Notes under the pieces: generated by a model | What the model saw: the letters and a program-made list of their open reading frames with translations, nothing else | Told to the model about the DNA's origin: nothing | Databases searched by the model: none | From: Candidatus Helarchaeota archaeon | GTDB taxonomy: Archaea; Asgardarchaeota; Lokiarchaeia; Helarchaeales; RDOG01 | Length of the DNA: 64,000 bases | Assembly: GCA_019058315.1 (NCBI GenBank) | Contig: JAHPZH010000001.1 | Coordinates: 1,347,218-1,411,217 of the forward strand | Reading direction: 5' to 3' | In this document: positions 61,501 to 64,000 of the stretch, one piece after another | How positions within the stretch are numbered: the first letter of the stretch is position 1 | Layout of the letters: every line of letters starts with the position of its first letter | Program-made: the position numbers and the translations under genes

Positions 61501-64000
61501 GAACGGATATCTATGCACAGAAAATAGATGCAACAGGTGCTATTTATTGGGGAAATGGAAGTCTGGGAGATAAAAATGGGTCGATAATTTGTAATGAATT
61601 GACTCCTCAGGGACAAGTTCAGCTTTCTAGCGATGGGGCAGGTGGAGCTTACATAGTTTGGCAAGATCCAAGATCAGGATCTAATATTTATGCACAAAGA
61701 ATAACTGCAACAGGGGAGTTTCATTATACATTGAATGGCACTCCGATTTGCAACGGATTAGGGTTTACTGACGATCCTAAAATTATGAGTGATGGATCTG
61801 GAGGGGCGTTCATTTCTTGGGTTAATGATAGGAATTCCTTAAATTGGGATATATATGCACAATATTTTAGTAATTTAGGAAATATACCTCCTTATTCAAA
61901 TCATCCAAATAATATCACAACTTCTGCGAGCGGAACGGAAACTATTGATTGGATAATCTACGATGACTTTGGTTCTGGTTATTATAAAGTTTTGGCTAAT
62001 GACACAACCGATAATTATTATATTTGGCAAGATTGGCAGCAATGGGAAAATGGTACAAGCCTTAATGTGCCAATTAATCGCACCGCACCAGGATATTATA
62101 ATTATACAATCGTATATTGGGATTCTGCTGGTCTATTAGAGGCTCCAGATACTGTTTTTGTGACCATTATTGATGCCTTGCCCACCTCCAATCATCCTGC
62201 AGATATAATAACTACTGCAAATGGGTCAGAGACTATTAATTGGACCCTTTATGATGATTTCGGAGGAGGTGCTTATCGTGTTTGGGCAAATGATTCCAAT
62301 GGTAATTATTACCTTTGGTTTCCTACTTGGACTGGATGGGGTAATGCCTCGACACTTTTTATACCAATTAATCGCTCCACTCCAGGAGTTTTTAACTATA
62401 CAATCGAATATTATGATTATGATGCTCTTTACGGTATTCCAGATACTGTTATCGTTACAATACAAAATGCAGTACCCACCTCAAATAACCCATGGGATTT
62501 AGATATTCCTATATCTGGATCACAAACTATTGATTGGATTCTTTATGATGATTTTGGACCTGGACAATATCGTGTATGGGCTAACGATACCAATGATAAT
62601 TATTATGTTTGGCAAGATTGGCAGCCATGGGCTAATAATACAAATCTTGCAGTCCCAATTAATCGTAGCGCTCCAGGAATTTTTAATTATACAATCGAAT
62701 ATTATGATAATTATACTCTTTATGGTTCTCCGGATACTATTATAATTGAATTAAACGCCATTCCGTCAATAAATCAACCACTTGATATTTCAACTTTTGC
62801 AAATGGTTCTGAAGTTATTAATTGGACTATTTATGATGATGATGCGTTGGGAAGTTATTGGGTTTGGGTTAATGATACTAGTGATAATTATTATATCTGG
62901 GAAAGTTTTCAATGGTCAAATAATACCCCACTTGATGTACCAATTAATCGGACTGCTCCAGGAATTTATAACTATACAATTGAGTATAGCGATGGTTCAC
63001 AATATGGCATTCCAGATACTGTAATAGTTATAATTGGAGATTTCGTTCCCACTTCAAATCACCCAGGAGACTTTCCAACATTTGTTGGGGGATCTGAAAA
63101 TATCACTTGGTACTTATACGATGATTATGGTCCAGGGCAATATAGAGTCTGGCTTAATGATACTAATGATGATTATTATGTTTGGCGAGATTGGACACCT
63201 TGGATAAATAATACTAATTTGAATATTCCAATAAATCGCACTGCTCCAGGCATTTTCAACTATACAATAGAATTTAATGATACATATGGACAAATGGGTA
63301 TTATAGACACAGTTTTTGTAATAGTTATTAATCAATTACCAACTTCAAATTCTCCAGCTGATTTTCCAACTTTTAATGATGGATTAGAAAATATTACTTG
63401 GTTTCTATATGATGATTATGGTCCTGGTCATTATAGAGTCTGGGTTAACGATACTAATGATAATTATTATGTCTGGCAAGATTGGACAACATGGACAAAT
63501 AATTCCAACTTGAATATTCCAGTAAATCGCACTACTCCAGGGATTTTTAATTACACAATAGAATACAATGACACGTATGGACTAGTAGGACTTGTTGATT
63601 CGGTCTTAGTTACAGTTATCAATCGGATACCCACTTCAAATACTCCAAGCGATTTTTTTACTTTTGCTGGAGGTTCTGAAAATGTTAATTGGACACTTTA
63701 TGATGATTATGGTCCTGGATTTTATCGAGTCTGGGTTAATGATACCTCAGATAATTATTACGTTTGGGTGGACTGGACGTCTTGGTTTAATAATACTAAC
63801 TTGAATGTTCCAGTAAATCGCACTGCTCCAGGAGTTTATAATTATACAATTGAATTTGATGATGAGTATAATAGTTTGGGAATACCAGATACTGTTATGG
63901 TCACAATCATAAACCAGATGCCTACTTCAAACCAACCTGCTAATATTATAACTTATGCTAATGAAACTAATAATATTACTTGGTTTTTATATGATGATTT
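55545..64000 (+). CDS. Giant secreted/surface glycoprotein (>2,800 aa, partial): 4 x [8-repeat beta-propeller + Ig-like domain], then tandem Ig-like stalk (not in ORF track)
   Basis: GGAG then TTG 55545; signal-like KKSKIFSLSFIISMMLTLIP. One frame holds at every point checked up to the window end. 32 repeats of WxxNGxxIC...P.I.SDG.GGAII.W.D.R...DIYAQRI and at least 11 repeats of PTSNHP...W.LYDD.G.G.YRVW.NDT...INRT.PG..NYTIE. Confidence 0.9.
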   Translation, partial: MKKSKIFSLSFIISMMLTLIPIIYSHSTSKLPIWNNLSLNIDEEIDSSVYLVDWQPNGTIVCNKTSDANYPELCYDGEGGVIIVWQESRGATDTDIYAQKLNSTGHIQWTLDGVAICNYNGDQWFPIACTDGEGGAIIIWEDNRGTFSRIYAQRINSTGHLLWTANGTSLMTAGAISFYSPKIISDEEGGAFITFHSSDILAQRINSTGGLLWGNGITVCSASGNQQYPTICSDEAGGVIITWHDYRGAENDIYAQRINSSGVEYWTTNGIIVCNATNYQWFPKIVSDGNGGAIITWEDDREGSSNKNIFAQKIDSFGNNVWLNNGTPISEAVDDQRSPEICSDMNGGAVIVWKDDRVSSDGDIYVQKINSGGAIEWSANGSIICNLPEVQDLQQICSDGQGGAIITWYDRRSTVDYDIYTQIIDSTGTIQLVDNGITICNATGTQLVPKIVSDMEGGAFYTWADDRDGDFDIYAYHLQNLINEPPNSNKPHDIITFNYSIETIDWVLWDDYKEGEFRVWVNDSNNNYYVWENWTSWVNNTEINVEINRSAYGLYNYTIEFSDSLGLTATDEVLVSFIEHNIMIWQANGTPINNQVYDQELVVACSDGQGGILIAWQDDQTGSNDDRIYAQRVNSSGAHLWGANGTPICSFADNQRVPDICSDGNGGAIIAWQDLRAGNYDIYAQRINSSGIIQWTPSGIPICNLNGVQNQVKICSDGVNGAFITWEDYRSGGPPTFYDIYAQRINSSGDVYWTANGTLICNEINSQGVVRIIYNGAKSAIIAWEDLRAGSGNYDIYAQKINYTGNTLWTANGTPIVTATDAQQSPQLCNDGNEGAFIVWQDLRSASYLDIYAQHINSAGVGQWTSDGIPICNASDHQYNPQITIDDNNGSIITWYDRRSGNYDIYSQRISFQGQTLWSDNGTLICNSEYSQYDPQICPDGANGAYIAWFDYRGGSNADIFAQHVSSEGITLFEDNGTAICTEVLDQNNVRIVSDGIGGVIMVWEDNRNGGLTPHDIFAQRVLPYPDDPPTSNHPDDITTSVLEKITINWKLYDTYYGSHYTVIANDTNNDWYTWIDWTPWVTNTSINIPINRTALGVFNYSILFNDSQNNYGYDFVIVEVTATSFPWGNNGVVISNASNSQLTPQMCSDMAGGAIITWSDARDVGTQEDIYAQHINSAGQILWELNGTLISNATNAQSEPVICSDGQRGAIIAWRDDRTTVYDIYAQRIDANGNVLWATNGIPICTADNPQYNPQIINDGMGGAIIAWDDDRSSDTDIYAQKVDADGNIQWTPNGTAICTAEFGQGEVTLSSDGSGGAVIAWEDFRSDSDEDIYAHRISASGELLWDNNGMVICNETGNQIYVEVVRYGEEDFIFVWMDSRDIAISGYDIYAQRVGPNGNSLWLLNGTPVCTDLDNSQFPKIASDGTNGVIVTWDDNRGTDYDIYAQLILDNGNTAWGGNGTVICDAPNNQRYPEICIDGSGGAIIAWSDYRNSNYDIYAQAINIDAVEQWIRDGIPICTSGDTQEQIAIIYDGVDPAIIAWSDYRDGSYDIYAQTTRANEPPTSNHPDDINTIDIGPETIDWILYDAMTPSHYRVLINDTVNEYTWVDWTPWSSNTNLHVPINRTIHTPYNDTCLGIFTYIIQYNDSFNVWGQNDLVNVAVKKGPIQWQNNGTPISIDVQDQFLVDQCLDGEGGVIFVWIDQRDIGTSGEDIYAQRVNSTGHYLWQANGTPIITQTNPQFGVSVCSDGFGGAIIAWNDQRYGTDDIFAQHINSSGHVQWAADGVPICTEDSQYQHFPQIFNDGEGGAIIIWEDGRSFPNTDIYGQRINSSGNMLWALNGTPISNENGDQINFAASRTEGGVVVVWEDGRAETAIYVDKIGLDGTSQWISNGTKIHNATLSTQPEICSDGAGGAIAVWIDDRNLGKTDMDIFTQKIDSSGNIQWIVNGTVVSNALLNPSLPQIVSDGNGGAIIAWNDDRDMFTTGTDIYAQKIDATGAIYWGNGSLGDKNGSIICNELTPQGQVQLSSDGAGGAYIVWQDPRSGSNIYAQRITATGEFHYTLNGTPICNGLGFTDDPKIMSDGSGGAFISWVNDRNSLNWDIYAQYFSNLGNIPPYSNHPNNITTSASGTETIDWIIYDDFGSGYYKVLANDTTDNYYIWQDWQQWENGTSLNVPINRTAPGYYNYTIVYWDSAGLLEAPDTVFVTIIDALPTSNHPADIITTANGSETINWTLYDDFGGGAYRVWANDSNGNYYLWFPTWTGWGNASTLFIPINRSTPGVFNYTIEYYDYDALYGIPDTVIVTIQNAVPTSNNPWDLDIPISGSQTIDWILYDDFGPGQYRVWANDTNDNYYVWQDWQPWANNTNLAVPINRSAPGIFNYTIEYYDNYTLYGSPDTIIIELNAIPSINQPLDISTFANGSEVINWTIYDDDALGSYWVWVNDTSDNYYIWESFQWSNNTPLDVPINRTAPGIYNYTIEYSDGSQYGIPDTVIVIIGDFVPTSNHPGDFPTFVGGSENITWYLYDDYGPGQYRVWLNDTNDDYYVWRDWTPWINNTNLNIPINRTAPGIFNYTIEFNDTYGQMGIIDTVFVIVINQLPTSNSPADFPTFNDGLENITWFLYDDYGPGHYRVWVNDTNDNYYVWQDWTTWTNNSNLNIPVNRTTPGIFNYTIEYNDTYGLVGLVDSVLVTVINRIPTSNTPSDFFTFAGGSENVNWTLYDDYGPGFYRVWVNDTSDNYYVWVDWTSWFNNTNLNVPVNRTAPGVYNYTIEFDDEYNSLGIPDTVMVTIINQMPTSNQPANIITYANETNNITWFLYDD
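61885..64000 (+). repeat. Tandem ~290-bp coding repeats (Ig-like stalk units)
   Basis: Recurring TATGATGATTATGGTCC, TATAGAGTCTGG, GATAATTATTATGT and AATCGCACTGCTCCAGG at ~290-bp period. Confidence 0.85.

Noticed and set aside
56703-63335. About 17 short ORFs in the track on both strands
   Set aside because: They are antisense or off-frame shadows of the single giant + strand ORF.

Overview
AT-rich, gene-dense 64 kb archaeal window. The gene content points to an Asgard archaeon (Lokiarchaeia/Helarchaeales-like); this is an inference from a 7TM-longin-like fusion, SDS22-like LRRs, V4R-like proteins, a TPR protein, a tetraether synthase and a corrinoid/MtaA pair. Most genes are ordinary anaerobic-heterotroph metabolism (SDRs, LLM oxidoreductase, acyl-CoA dehydrogenase, CoA-transferase, hydrolases, MFS transporters, rubrerythrins), and many sit in tandem paralog pairs. 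Four items are missing from the ORF track: a partial TPR gene at the left edge, a 57-aa rubredoxin-like gene, a decayed longin-like remnant, and a giant (>2,800 aa) secreted protein at the right edge built from four 8-repeat propeller blocks plus an Ig-like stalk. Other notable points: a TnpB-only IS200/IS605 element with readable ends; a 3x TGTCAGAC / RHH / basic HeH module beside it; LRR genes with shuffled 66-bp cassettes that vary at surface positions; a transporter-RAM fusion with a stand-alone RAM partner; and three genes that appear to need ATT/ATA start codons. I saw no rRNA, tRNA or CRISPR array. All family calls come from motif recognition by eye, not database searches.
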